In this document: piece by piece, positions 36,378 to 47,459 of the stretch
How the letters are laid out: each line of letters begins with the position of its first letter
How positions within the stretch are numbered: the stretch's first letter is position 1
Assembly (NCBI RefSeq): GCF_003918875.1
Contig: NW_025766525.1
Coordinates: forward strand, 502,865 to 566,864
From: Haliotis rubra
Lineage: Eukaryota
Direction of reading: 5' to 3'
DNA: 64,000 bases
Notes under the pieces: model-generated
Databases searched by the model: none
What the model was told of the DNA's origin: nothing
The model's input: the letters and a program-made list of their open reading frames with translations, nothing else
Program-made: the position numbers and the translations under genes

Positions 36378-36679
36378 AGATGAAGAAGAGACACTGGTAA
36401 GTTTGGCTGAAGGTCAACAGTGAAGGTCATGGAGCTTATCTCATGGACAGAGATGAAGAGACATTGGTAAGTTTGGCTGAAGGTCAACAGTGAAGGTCAT
36501 GGAGCTTATCTCATGGACAGAGATGAAGAGACACTGGTAAGTTTGGCTGAAGGTCAACAGTGAAGGTCATGGAGCTTATCTCATGGACAGAGATGAAGAG
36601 AGAATGGTAAGTTCGGTCATCAGTGAAGGTTATGGGGTGTGTTGTAAGAGAAGGTCATTTATCCATTCTGATGGACAGA

Positions 36680-37200
36680 ATTTTAGGATTGCAGTAAGTT
36701 AGAGGTGAAGGTCTGACAGGGATGTTGTCAGGGAAGATTGTGGATCTTGTCTGATACAGTAAGTTAGAGGTGAAGGTCTGACAGGGATGTTGTCAGGGAA
36801 GATAGTGGCTCTTGTCTGATACAGCAAGTTAGAGGTGAAGGTCTGACAGGGATGTTGTCAGGGAAGATTGTGGATCTTGTCTGATACAGTAAGTTAGAGG
36901 TGAAGGTCTGACAGGGATGTTGTCAGGGAAGATTGTGGATCTTGTCTGATACAGTAAGTTAGAGGTGAAGGTCTGACAGGGATGTTGTCAGGGAAGATTG
37001 TGGATCTTGTCTGATACAGTAAGTTAGAGGTGAAGGTCTGACAGGGATGTTGTCAGGGAAGATAGTGGCTCTTGTCTGATACAGCAAGTTAGAGGTGAAG
37101 GTCTGACAGGGATGTTGTCAGGGAAGATTGTGGATCTTGTCTGATACAGTAAGTTAGAGGTAAGGTCTGACAGGGATGTTGTCAGGGAAGATTGTGGATC
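36680..37200. repeat. Tandem array, about 62 bp x 8 (cagtaagttagaggtgaaggtctgacagggatgttgtcagggaagattgtggatcttgtctgata)
   Basis: Read directly. Confidence 0.85.
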
Positions 37201-37319
37201 TTGTCTGATACAGTAGAGAATAACGTCTTGATTGAAAGAGAACAACAGGGCTCCCACGGGTCAGGGAAAAGTCAGAACCAGGCATATTGATATTGCTGTC
37301 ATCACTAAGAACCAGTTTC

Positions 37320-37376
37320 TGTGAGCATGTTTAATGTTTCAGGATGTTTAATGTTTCAGCATGTTTAATGTTTCAG
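37320..37376 (+). repeat. Triplicated exon 15 acceptor motif (atgtttaatgtttcag x3) immediately upstream of exon 15
   Basis: The sequence reads gcatgtttaatgtttcag gatgtttaatgtttcag catgtttaatgtttcag|GATGTG. Confidence 0.85.
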
Positions 37377-37541
37377 GATGTGTTCACAGTGAGTGTTGGC
37401 AACCTCCCACCCCATGCATCTGTCCTCATCAAGATTACTTACGTAGCTGAACTACAGGTTGAAGCAGAACTTATAAGTTTCCGGTTACCAGGCAGTGTGG
37501 CACCATGGAAGCAAGACTCTGCAGCTGATGAAATCACTCAG
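37377..37541 (+). CDS. PARP4: PARP4 exon 15 (VIT domain)
   Basis: The acceptor is gtttcag|GAT and the donor is CAG|gtattt. DVFTVSVGNLPPHASVLIKITYVAEL...VAPWKQD matches human DVFTVSVGNLPPKAKVLIKITYITEL...VAPWQQD. Confidence 0.9.
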
Positions 37542-37749
37542 GTATTTATTGATCTGAACTATTCTGACACTAAAACTATGTGCTTGTGAAATAATTGCAA
37601 TTGTAGTGAAACTATGGAATTTTCTTTACATTTGATTTTTCAAATGATGTCTAAGAAATTATAAGTTTTGTTTTATATAGATGTTCTTATATATATAATT
37701 TCTTGTGTTGCTAGTTTGAAGTTTTGTCAGTTGTTGCTAATGGTTACAG

Positions 37750-37863
37750 ACTGAGCTGGAAACACACAAGGTTCAATCAGGGGACACCACTGTGCAGGTT
37801 GCCGTGGAGATGCCATTTGACATTCGCTCAATACAGTGTCCTTCACACAAAGTCCGAATCAAG
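37750..37863 (+). CDS. PARP4: PARP4 exon 16
   Basis: The acceptor is ggttacag|ACT and the donor is AAG|gtgaga. ...VAVEMPFDIRSIQCPSHKVRIK aligns to human ...TMSIEMPYVIEFIFSDTHELKQK. Confidence 0.7.
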
Positions 37864-37985
37864 GTGAGAAGCACTCAAGCATTTTCAGTTTTTTTGTGAT
37901 TTCAAATATTGTGTTGTCATGTAGTGCTGCCATGTTGTACTGTCCTGTTGCTGCTGGTCTACATTGTCTACTCATGTTCTTCCAG

Positions 37986-38125
37986 AGAACTGCTGCCAAG
38001 GCTGTAGTGCAGATGTGTCATGGACAGTCAATACAAGATGGCTTCCAGCTCCTGATTGGGCTGGCTGAGATACACGTGCCACGGATGTGGGTAGAGAGAC
38101 ATCCAGAGAGAGAGACATGCATCAG
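37986..38125 (+). CDS. PARP4: PARP4 exon 17 (end of VIT domain), with a phase problem at its 3' end
   Basis: The acceptor is cttccag|AGA. RTAAKAVVQMCHGQS...GLAEIHVPRMWVERHPERETCI matches human RTDCKAVISTMEGSS...GLSAAYLPRMWVEKHPEKESE. The only GT donor (CATCAG|gtaggc) leaves phase 2, which is incompatible with exon 18 (phase 0). The difference is one AG unit in a (AG)5 run. Confidence 0.6.
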
Positions 38126-40010
38126 GTAGGCTGGCAGAGGAATGATGGTCTAGTTTGTGGGTAGAGAGACATCCAGAGAGAGAGAGACATGCATCAGGCA
38201 GGCAGGCAGAGGAATGATGGTCTAGTTTGTGGGTGGAGAGACATCCAGACAGAAAGAGACATGCATCAGGTAGGCTGGCAGAGGAATGATGGTCTGGTTT
38301 GTGGGTGGAGAGACATCCAGAGAGAGACATGCATCAGGTAGGCAGGCAGAGGAATGATGGTCTAGTTTGTGGGTGGAGAGACATCCAGAGAGAGAGAGAC
38401 ATGCATCAGGTAGGCAGGCAGAGGAATGATGGTCTAGTTTGTGGGTAGAGAGACATCCAGAGAGAGAGAGACATGCATCAGGCAGGCAGGCAGAGGAATG
38501 ATGGTCTAGTTTGTGGGTGGAGAGACATCCAGACAGAAAGAGACATGCATCAGGTAGGCAGGCAGAGGAATGATGGTCTAGTTTGTGGGTGGAGAGACAT
38601 CCAGAGAAAGACATGCATCAGGTAGGCAGGCAGAGGAATGATGGTCTAGTTTGTTGGTGGAGAGAGACCAGAGAGAGAGAGAGACATGTATCAGGTAGGC
38701 AGGCAGAGGAATGATGGTCTAGTTTGTGGGTAGAGAGACATCCAGAGAGAGACATGCATCAGGTAGGCAGGCAGAGGAATGATGGTCTAGTTTGTGGGTG
38801 GAGAGACATCCAGGAGAGACACATCAGGTAGGCAGGCAGAGAGATGGTCATGCATCCAGAGACATGCATCAGGTAGGCAGGCAGAGGAATGATGGTCTAG
38901 TTTGTGGGTGGAGAGACATCCAGAGAGACATGATCATAGGCTGGCAGAGGAATGATGGTCTTGTTTGTGGGTAGAGGACATCCAGGCATCAGAGGAATGA
39001 TGGTCTAGTTTGTGGGTGGAGAGACATCCAGAGAGAGACATGCATCAGGTAGGCAGGCAGAGGAATGATGGTCTAGTTTGTGGGTAGAGAGACATCCAGA
39101 GAGAGAGAGACATGCATCAGGTAGGCAGGCAGAGGAATGATGGTCTAGTTTGTGGGTGGAGAGACATCCAGAGAGAGACATGTATCAGGTAGGCAGGCAG
39201 AGGAATGATGGTCTAGTTTGTGGGTGGAGAGACATCCAGAGAGAGACATGTATCAGGTAGGCAGGCAGAGGAATGATGGTCTAGTTTGTGGGTAGAGAGA
39301 CATCCAGAGAAAGACATGTATCAGGTAGGCTGGCAGAGAAATGATGGTCTGGTTTGTGGGTGGAGAGACATCCAGAGAAAGACATGCATCAGGTAGGCAG
39401 GCAGAGGAATGATGGTCTAGTTTGTGGGTGGAGAGACATCCAGAGAGAGAGAGACATGTATCAGGTAGGCAGGCAGAGGAATGATGGTCTAGTTTGTGGG
39501 TAGAGAGACATCCAGAGAGAGACATGCATCAGGTAGGCAGGCAGAGGAATGATGGTCTAGTTTGTGGGTGGAGAGACATCCAGAGAGAGACATGCATCAG
39601 GTAGGCAGGCAGAGGAATGATGGTCTAGTTTGTGGGTGGAGAGACATCCAGAGAGAGACATGCATCAGGTAGGCAGGCAGAGGAATGATGGTCTAGTTTG
39701 TGGGTGGAGAGACATCCAGAGAAAGACATGTATCAGGTAGGCAGGCAGAGGAATGATGGTCTAGTTTGTGGGTAGAGAGACATCCAGAGAGAGAGAGACA
39801 TGCATCAGGTAGGCAGGCAGAGGAATGATGGTCTAGTTTGTGGGTGGAGAGACATCCAGAGAGAGACATGTATCAGGTAGGCAGGCAGAGGAATGATGGT
39901 CTAGTTTGTGGGTGGAGAGACATCCAGAGAGAGAGACATGCATCAGGTAGGCAGGCAGAGGAATGATGGTCTAGTTTGTGGGTAGAGAGACATCCACAGA
40001 GAGAGACATG
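38050..40010. repeat. Exon 17 donor-derived minisatellite in intron 17, about 68-76 bp x about 27
   Basis: The unit gtgggtggagagacatccagagagagacatgcatcag|gtaggcaggcagaggaatgatggtctagttt reproduces the exon 17 3' end (WVERHPERETCI) plus the GT donor. The (ag)n length varies between copies. ORFs 38028-38614 and 39253-39525 are artefacts. Confidence 0.9.
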
Positions 40011-40150
40011 CATCAGGCAGGGGATGCCGCATGCGACATGTTATATGTGTGTTTGGATCGTTGTTGTTGTTTGAGTAACATCATGGTGTGCCAGGTTCAT
40101 GTTGGGTATTCCCTCCACAATCATTCTTTGTTCTTCATTCTATATTCTAG

Positions 40151-40337
40151 GCCTGCATGTTGACATTTTACCCTGAGTTTGAGGCTGACGAGGACGATGA
40201 TGTGGAAATTGTGTTCGTCCTTGACCTCTCCAATTCCATGTCTGGTGATGCAGTGCTGGATGCCAAGAAGCTGTTGATGATGTTGCTGCACAACTTGCCA
40301 CCGCGCTCTACCTTCAACGTCCTCTGCTTCGGAACAG
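40151..40337 (+). CDS. PARP4: PARP4 exon 18 (vWA domain start)
   Basis: The acceptor is tattctag|GCC and the donor is ACAG|gtcagt, phase 1. ACMLTFYPEF...VEIVFVLDLSNSMSGDAVLDAKKLLMMLL...FNVLCFGTG matches human ACMLVFQPDL...EVIICLDCSSSMEGVTFLQAKQIALHAL...VNIIQFGTG. Confidence 0.85.
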
Positions 40338-40469
40338 GTCAGTGTCATCCACAGAGTGTGGTCCTAAGTATGTGATTTGACAATGAATTGTTGATGGGGA
40401 ATGATAAGACATATAAAGGAAATAATTAGTAAACTTATTCAATGACATAATACTTAGATGATGGGGGGA

Positions 40470-43140
40470 TGTTGTGGATTGGTAACGTCATGACACAAGG
40501 TTGTGGGAAGGTTGTAGATTGGTAACATCATGACACAGCGTTGTGGGAAGGTTGTAGATTGGTAATGTCATGACACAATGTTGTGGGAAAGTTGTAGGTT
40601 AGTAACATCATGACACAACGTTGTGGGAAGGTTGTAGATTGGTAACGTCATGACACAACGCTGTGGGAAGGTTGTAGATTGGTAATGTCATGGTACAATG
40701 TTGTGGGAAGGTTGTAGATTGGTAACATCATGACAACATTGTGGGAAGGTTGTCGATTGGTAATGTCATGACACAAGGTTGTGGGAAGGTTGTAGATTGG
40801 AAACGTCATGACAACGTTGTGGGAAGGTTGTAGATTGGTAACGTCATGACAGCAATTTTGTGGGAAGGTTGTAGATTAGTAACGTCATGACACAAGGTTG
40901 TGGGAAGGTTGTAGATTGGTAACATGATGACACAGCGTTGTGGGAAGGTTGTAGATTGGTAATATCATGACACAGTGTTGTGGGAAGATTGTAGATTGGT
41001 AACGTCATGACACAACGTTGTGGGAAGGTTGTAGATTGGTAACATCATGACACAGCATTGTGGGAAGGTTGTAGATTGGTAACGTCATGACACAACGTTG
41101 TGGGAAGGTTGTAGATTGGTAATGTCATGACACAATGTTGTGGGAAGGTTGTAGATTGGTAACATCATGACACAATGTTGTGGGAAGGTTTTAGATTGGT
41201 AACGTCATGACACAATGTTGTGGGAAGGTTGTAGATTTGTAATGTCATGACACAACATTGTGGGCAGGTTATAGATTGGTAACGTCATGACACAATGTTG
41301 TGGGGATGTTGTAGATTAGTAACATCATGACAACGTTGTGGGAAGGTTGTAGATTGGTAACGTCATGAAACAACGTTGTGGGAAGGTTATAGATTGGTAA
41401 TGTCATGAGAAAAGGTTGTGAAAAGGTTATAGATTGGTAACGTCATGACACAATGTTGTGGGAAGGTTGCAGATTGGTAATGTCATGACACAATGTTGTG
41501 GGGATTTTGTAGATTGGTAACGTCATGACACAATGTTGTGGGGATGTTGTAGATAAGTAACATCATGACACAGCGTTGTGGGAAGGTTGTAGATTGGTAA
41601 TGTCATGACACAACGTTGTGGGAAGGTTATAGATTGGTAATGTCATGAGAAAAGGTTGTGAAAAGGTTATAGATTGGTAACGTCATGAGAAAAGGTTGTG
41701 GGAAGGTTGTAGATTGGTAATGTCATGACACAGCGTTGAGGGAAGGTTGTAGATTGGTAACGTCATGAGAAAAGGTTGTGGGAAGGTTATAGATTGGTAA
41801 TGTCATGACACAGCGTTGTGGGAAGGTTATAGATTGGTTACGTCATGAGAAAAGGTTGTGGGAAGGTTGTAGATTGGTAATGTCATGACACAGCGTTGTG
41901 GGAAGGTTGTAGATTGGTAACGTCATGACAAAGGTTGTGGGAAGGTTATAGATTGGTAATGTCATGACACAGCGTTGTGGGAAGGTTATAGATTGGTAAC
42001 GTCATGAGAAAAGGTTGTGGGAAGGTTGTAGATTGGTAATGTCATGACACAGCGTTGTGGGGATGTTGTGGATTGGTAACGTCATGACACAATGTTGTGG
42101 GGATGTTGTAGATTGGTAACGTCATGACACAAGGTTGTGGGAAGGTTGTAGATTGGTAACATCATGACACAGCGTTGTGGGAAGGTTGTAGATTGGTAAT
42201 GTCATGACAGCGTTGTGGGAAGGTTGTAGATTGGTAATGTCATGACACAGGCGTTGTGGGAAGGTTGTAGATTGGTAATGTCATGACACAGCGTTGTGGG
42301 AAGGTTGTAGATGTCATGACACAGCGTTGTGGGAAGGTTGTAGGTTGGTAATGTCATGACACAGCATTGTGGGAAGGTTGTAGATTGGTAACATCATGAC
42401 ACAACGCTGTGGGAAGGTTGTAGATTGGTAATGTCATGACACAGCGTTGTGGGAAGGTTGTAGATTGGTAATGTCATGACACAGCGTTGTGGGAAGGTTA
42501 TAGATGTCATGACACAGCGTTGTGGGAAGGTTATAGATTGGTAATGTCATGACACAGCGTTGTGGGAAGGTTGTAGGTTGGTAATGTCATGACACAGCGT
42601 TGTGGGAAGGTTGTAGATGTCATGACACAGCGTTGTGGGAAGGTTGTAGGTTGGTAATGTCATGACACAGCGTTGTGGGAAGGTTGTAGATTGGTAATGT
42701 CATGACACAACGTTGTGGGAAGGTTATAGATTGGTAATGTCATGACACAGCGTTGTGGGAAGGTTGTAGATGTCATGACACAGCGTTGTGGGAAGGTTGT
42801 AGATGTCATGAGACAGCGTTGTGGGAAGGTTGTAGATGTCATGACACAGCGTTGTGGGAAGGTTGTAGATGTCATGACACAGCGTTGTGGGAAGGTTGTA
42901 GGTTGGTTATGTCATGACACAGCGTTGTGGGAAGGTTGTAGATTGGTAATGTCATGACACAACGTTGTGGGAAGGTTATAGATTGGTAATGTCATGACAC
43001 AGCGTTGTGGGAAGGTTGTAGATGTCATGACACAGCATTGTGGGAAGGTTGTAGATGTCATGACACAGCGTTGTGGGAAGGTTGTAGATGTCATGACACA
43101 GCGTTGTGGGAAGGTTGTAGATGTCATGACACAGCGTTGT
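40470..43140. repeat. Minisatellite in PARP4 intron 18, about 39 bp x about 68 (gttgtgggaaggttgtagattggtaacgtcatgacacaa)
   Basis: Read directly. ORFs 42660-43208 are artefacts. Confidence 0.9.
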
Positions 43141-43459
43141 GGCAAATTGCCAAATAAACATTGAAGTGAATTTCTGCTTTGTTTCTTACTACTGGGAAAA
43201 CAATTCAACTATTAACATAAATAGAACGTTAAGTCAACGTAAAATACGTTAGTGTCAAATACCTTAACGTAAATGGGAGCCCATCAGAATAACGTTGTAA
43301 CAGCGAAAGCATAATGTGGTGACTTCATTTTGTAGAATAGACGAATATGGGTCTGAATGATGACATAAAGGAAGACACCCTAGTTTGTGAACTATGATAA
43401 ATTGGGAGTAATATTTGAGTAAGTTATGTTCCTGTACATGGTGTTTGGTGTGTTGCCAG

Positions 43460-43533
43460 GCCACAGGGAGCTGTTCGCAACCAGCCAGTCGAACACAAAC
43501 ACTACCATCCAGGCTGTAGAGACATTCCTCAAG
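43460..43533 (+). CDS. PARP4: PARP4 exon 19 (vWA)
   Basis: The acceptor is gttgccag|GC, which completes GGC. The donor is AAG|gtagga. HRELFATSQSNTNTTIQAVETFLK matches human YKELFSYPKHITSNTMAAEFIMS. Confidence 0.75.
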
Positions 43534-43634
43534 GTAGGAGGAATCTGAAACCATGACACTTTCTGGATATTACAGGGAAGTGAGGGAACTTCTACTTCTG
43601 TCAGAATCATTACAGTAATTGTGGACTCTACTGT

Positions 43635-43755
43635 CAGCTGGTTATTGCAGGGCCTAGATTTTCAGAGCTCTCTTAGCGCTAAGATTGTCGTAAGTTAATG
43701 TTAATATATGGCACAACTATCTTAGCGCTAAGAGACCTTCGGAAATCTAGGCCCA
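43635..43755. mobile_element. Small palindromic MITE-like element (about 120 bp)
   Basis: gggcctagattttcagagctctcttagcgctaagat pairs with atcttagcgctaagagaccttcggaaatctaggccc. Confidence 0.4.
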
Positions 43756-44243
43756 GGAGTGAAACTACTGTAGTGTCAGGATGAAATAAGTTGATGTCGT
43801 TCTATTGACTTCCCACAATGCACCAGTGCTAGCTCTATTGCTGTGCCATGTAAGTCCATATATCCTCATCAGTTCAGTAGTCTGGAAAGGTGTTACTCCA
43901 GGTGTGTGTAGGATCTCAGATGTACTCCACAACATAAGACCAGAAGTTTTTAGTATCTTTGTGTAGCTGTCAGAATTTTAAATAATCTTGTTGTGCATCA
44001 ACGTCACCTAGCAATATTTTATGTTTGGCCATCAGAGCATGAACTGTTCATATCCAGTTCACAGACTGACTCGAGGCTTAGAGATCTGATTGTACCAGTG
44101 TAGATTCACTGGAATGGAGGATTATATGATATTTTGTTATCCGATGACTAAGATGAAGCTCTGAGGTTGAATATTGATAATGTTGTGGTTAGTCTTCCTT
44201 CCACTGGGTTAGAGATTAGTTGGCAGCTCATCTTGTTGTGCAG

Positions 44244-44431
44244 ACGGCGTGTGCAGACATGGGCAACACGGAGGTGTTTAAACCCCTCCACTCCTACCAC
44301 CTGCTAGCCTCCACAACAGCAACACGCAACATCTTCATCATCAGTGACGGACACTTCAACAACGAGGACAGTGTTCTCAATGCTGTCCTCAACAACGCTA
44401 CTCATACTCGAGTCTTCACGTTGGGTGTCAG
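44244..44431 (+). CDS. PARP4: PARP4 exon 20 (vWA)
   Basis: The acceptor is ttgtgcag|ACG and the donor is AG|gtatgg, phase 2. ADMGNTEVFKPL...NIFIISDGHFNNEDSVL...THTRVFTLGV matches human PTMGNTDFWKTL...NILLVSDGHLQDESLTL...PHTRLFACGI. Confidence 0.85.
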
Positions 44432-44739
44432 GTATGGAGATTAGTCGACTTCTGTAAGTTCATCAGTAACAAGGAGATAAACAACAGTATACTGGTTCAC
44501 GGATCTAGGTTGTTGTATAGGGCACTGAGAGTTTAATCACTTGTTATCATTCACTTTGCTTATAGTTTTCTTGGGAGCTTCAAGAGATTTTTACTCTCCA
44601 GGATCCAGTCAGTTAGGTTTTCTCAAACAACTGAATAGACAAGAAAGTAAGATTATATATGGCTTCCTCTTATTGTCACTACATCCATTGTTGTTGTAAA
44701 TCCCCTTGATTCATACCTACAGGTTGTTATTACTTGATC

Positions 44740-44860
44740 CCTGTTGATGTATGTAAGTCCCTCCTGTGCTGTACTACCTCACTCTTGCTTGACAACGGTA
44801 TAAGAATCCATATTGAAACGTGGCACCATATATAATAAAGAAGTTGTTTTCCATAAAGAA
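44740..44860. repeat. Solo copy of the PLE terminal segment (homologous to 18060-18175) in PARP4 intron 20
   Basis: cttgacaacggtataagaatccatattgaaacgtggcacc...ataaagaagttgttttccataaag matches cttgacaacggtacaagaatctgtatcgaaacgtcgcactcaccaataaaaagaagttgttatccataaag. Confidence 0.55.
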
Positions 44861-46015
44861 GCTTACTTTCTTATTACTCACCAACTTCTAAAATGCCAAT
44901 GAAACCGATCAATGGAATTGACATATTTAAGAACAATTGCACTTAAAAAGTGAGACCCAGTCACATGAACAGCAGCGAAACATGGAAGAAGTTTGATGTA
45001 GAGCTTCGGTGGGTAATACACTGCACCCAGTCCCAGACCGCGTTGTATCACTAGTACCACACAACATGATATTGATTTATCACATGATATTGCAGTAATA
45101 GCCCACTTTCCTTAGAAGAGGACTATAATGAAGGAAAAACAGAGGCACAACTGTGGATTTAATGGCCGAGGGTGTGAAGGTTCTAGTGGGCTACCCCAAT
45201 CTTGAAATAGAATGCTAATAATAAGCCTAAAAGATTTTAGCTATGTGGCAACTTGCGTCGCCAACATAATTGTTACCAGCCAAAATTGCTGAGGCCCAAA
45301 TGATGGAAACGTCGCAACCCGACCAACGCTGGGGGTCAACAATGGGAGCGAACGCCGCCAGGCCCCGATACTTAACTTAACTGTTACTAGATTCCCCGAG
45401 TGAAAACCTGGGAAAGACTGGGTTCCAACTGGTAAGAAGGTAACCCAGCCGAGGTTCTCGCTGGAAAGCAGGTAACCGGAAACCCTAATTAACATATATA
45501 TATTCTTATGAGTTATGTTGAAAGGTACCCACAAGAACCACGCACTCCACGACATGATTTATTCAGGAACTATAATCAAAATATATATACAGTATGTTGA
45601 GGTAATAGATATGTACAATTGTTCATGTCCGGTACCTATAATGTACAACAACACGAGATGGACAATGAAATTTGATAGATGGAGGCAAGCAGGGCGGGAG
45701 GGTGGAAAGCGAAAGAGAAAACGGTACGAGTATGCCCGGTGAACGGCTCACGCGAAGTGATGCGTAAAGAATTACTGTTAGATTGATGACGTAATGCATG
45801 AGGTGTTATGCATGAGTGCCGTAATTTTCAGGGAGCTGCGCGTGCAGCTCCACTCATGTGCGAAGTCAAAATGTAAACATAAGATAGCATACCTGCAATA
45901 AAAACATTTAATAACTAGTACTTGATGCCATTAGTCATAACACATGCATACCAGCTGTATTGTTAGTCTTTTCTACCGGGAATCCCAGTTCCTGAACTCC
46001 TGTGTTTTTCTGTAG

Positions 46016-46115
46016 TTCCACTGCCAACATGCACCTCCTGCGAGCCATTGCAAGAGTTGGAGGGGGAGCATTCGAATTCTTTGACCGGAAAGCCAAGTCC
46101 AAGTGGGAGAGGAAG
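46016..46115 (+). CDS. PARP4: PARP4 exon 21 (vWA end)
   Basis: The acceptor is tttttctgtag|T and the donor is AAG|gtaagc. STANMHLLRAIARVGGGAFEFFDRKAKSKWERK matches human STANRHVLRILSQCGAGVFEYFNAKSKHSWRKQ. Confidence 0.9.
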
Positions 46116-47459
46116 GTAAGCTGTGGTAGCATCACTCTGCCCTATGTGAAGAATGGGTCCTCTTGTTGTTAGAAGTGACGTCACACGTGGTAAAGTGTCA
46201 CTGTACCTCAATGGTGTGGGATGTTTTGTCTATAAGTCACTGGTTTGTGTGGGCCTGACTGTTGACAGGCCATATAGTGGGGCATAATGGTCTCATATAT
46301 CATGTTAAGTCAGTCTGATATTTCTCTGTTCTGATTGGTCAGTTAGATATTTCAAATTACAAAAACTACCTGTGAATGAATTTTTGCCGATTTCACTCCT
46401 GCATCACTGTGAAGCTGATACATGTATTAAAGAGGTTGAATGCCGTGGTTTGTGGGCATACCGTATGTGACGGGATGTGACAGTAGGAGCGTGTAGTTAT
46501 GTTACGCAGTTATTTCCCTTTATCTTGCTTCTAATCATACTTCATGATATTTTGGCCACACAAGCATTTGTCCTGAGGTAAACCTGGGCAAGAGTTACCT
46601 GCCCTTAACGTTTTCTCATCGATGAATCAATACTTTTTTTAATATTAGTATGTCAATAAAAACATACTGCCTTGAAATTTGATTGTCCTGCTTTATTTCA
46701 TATCAGTACTGAAATATCTTTATAACAAAACACATACTGAATAATAAAAGTAAACAATGTACTTTTCAGAGAACTTTTATTGACATAATACATTTTAGAG
46801 ATGGTTCAACAAGAGGGCGCCACTTGTCAAACAAATGCGGTGACTTGCTATTTTTTTACAAGTCAAGTTACATTATTAGATTTGGGACACATTTTCCCAC
46901 AAAATGATACCAAATTTAGCAATTTTTTGACGTTTTGATATTTTGTATCTAACCTCCTTAATAGAAATTCCATCTCAGTCATTGTTGGAAGCATATTTAT
47001 ATATTATAAAATATTGTGTTTATGACCATATTTAGTGTGTACACTGTAGTGAGAACATGTGACTGTAATCAACAGACAGCTTAGGGCTCACAGTATGTTT
47101 GAGATTTGGCACTATTGTGCAGCTGACTGTGAAGTCCTATTGTTTTAGTGGTGGGATGTTGTAACAGTGATGTGTTGTGAAGGCTTGTCCATGTTGAAGT
47201 ATATGGCTTTATGGCACATGTTTCTGTTGTAACTATGCTACCTTCACAGTTGATAGCCTACATGCTTTGTACATTACCAAATTATTCTCTGCAAAACAAC
47301 AGGTTCGTCTTGTGTTTGTCATCATTAATTATTGATAATAGGTCATATTCATGCAGTCAGTTGTTGGAACATACATGCTGAAAATATTGAATCTTACAGT
47401 GATGTTAGCATTGTGTAAAGAATATACATTCTGAAAGTACAACTATATCTGCTGTGTTT

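Larger units (their letters stand above)
34540..36600. repeat. Exon 14 donor-derived tandem array (about 70-bp unit; blocks 34540-34605, 35173-35809 and 36378-36600) interrupted by two MITE copies
   Basis: The unit cagtgaaggtcatggagcttatctgatggacagagatgaagagacaccg|gtaagtttggctgaaggtcaa reproduces the last 49 nt of exon 14 plus the GT donor and the intron start. Confidence 0.9.

Noticed and set aside
38088-38095. Using TGG|gtagag (38088) as the exon 17 donor to fix the phase
   Set aside because: It would be phase 0, but it deletes the conserved VERHPE block (human VEKHPE) and is a weak donor. An (AG)n indel is the more economical explanation.
8313-43140. Regular direct repeats reminiscent of CRISPR arrays
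   Set aside because: The units are contiguous with no unique spacers. The context is eukaryotic (spliced genes, retrotransposons). They are minisatellites, not CRISPR.
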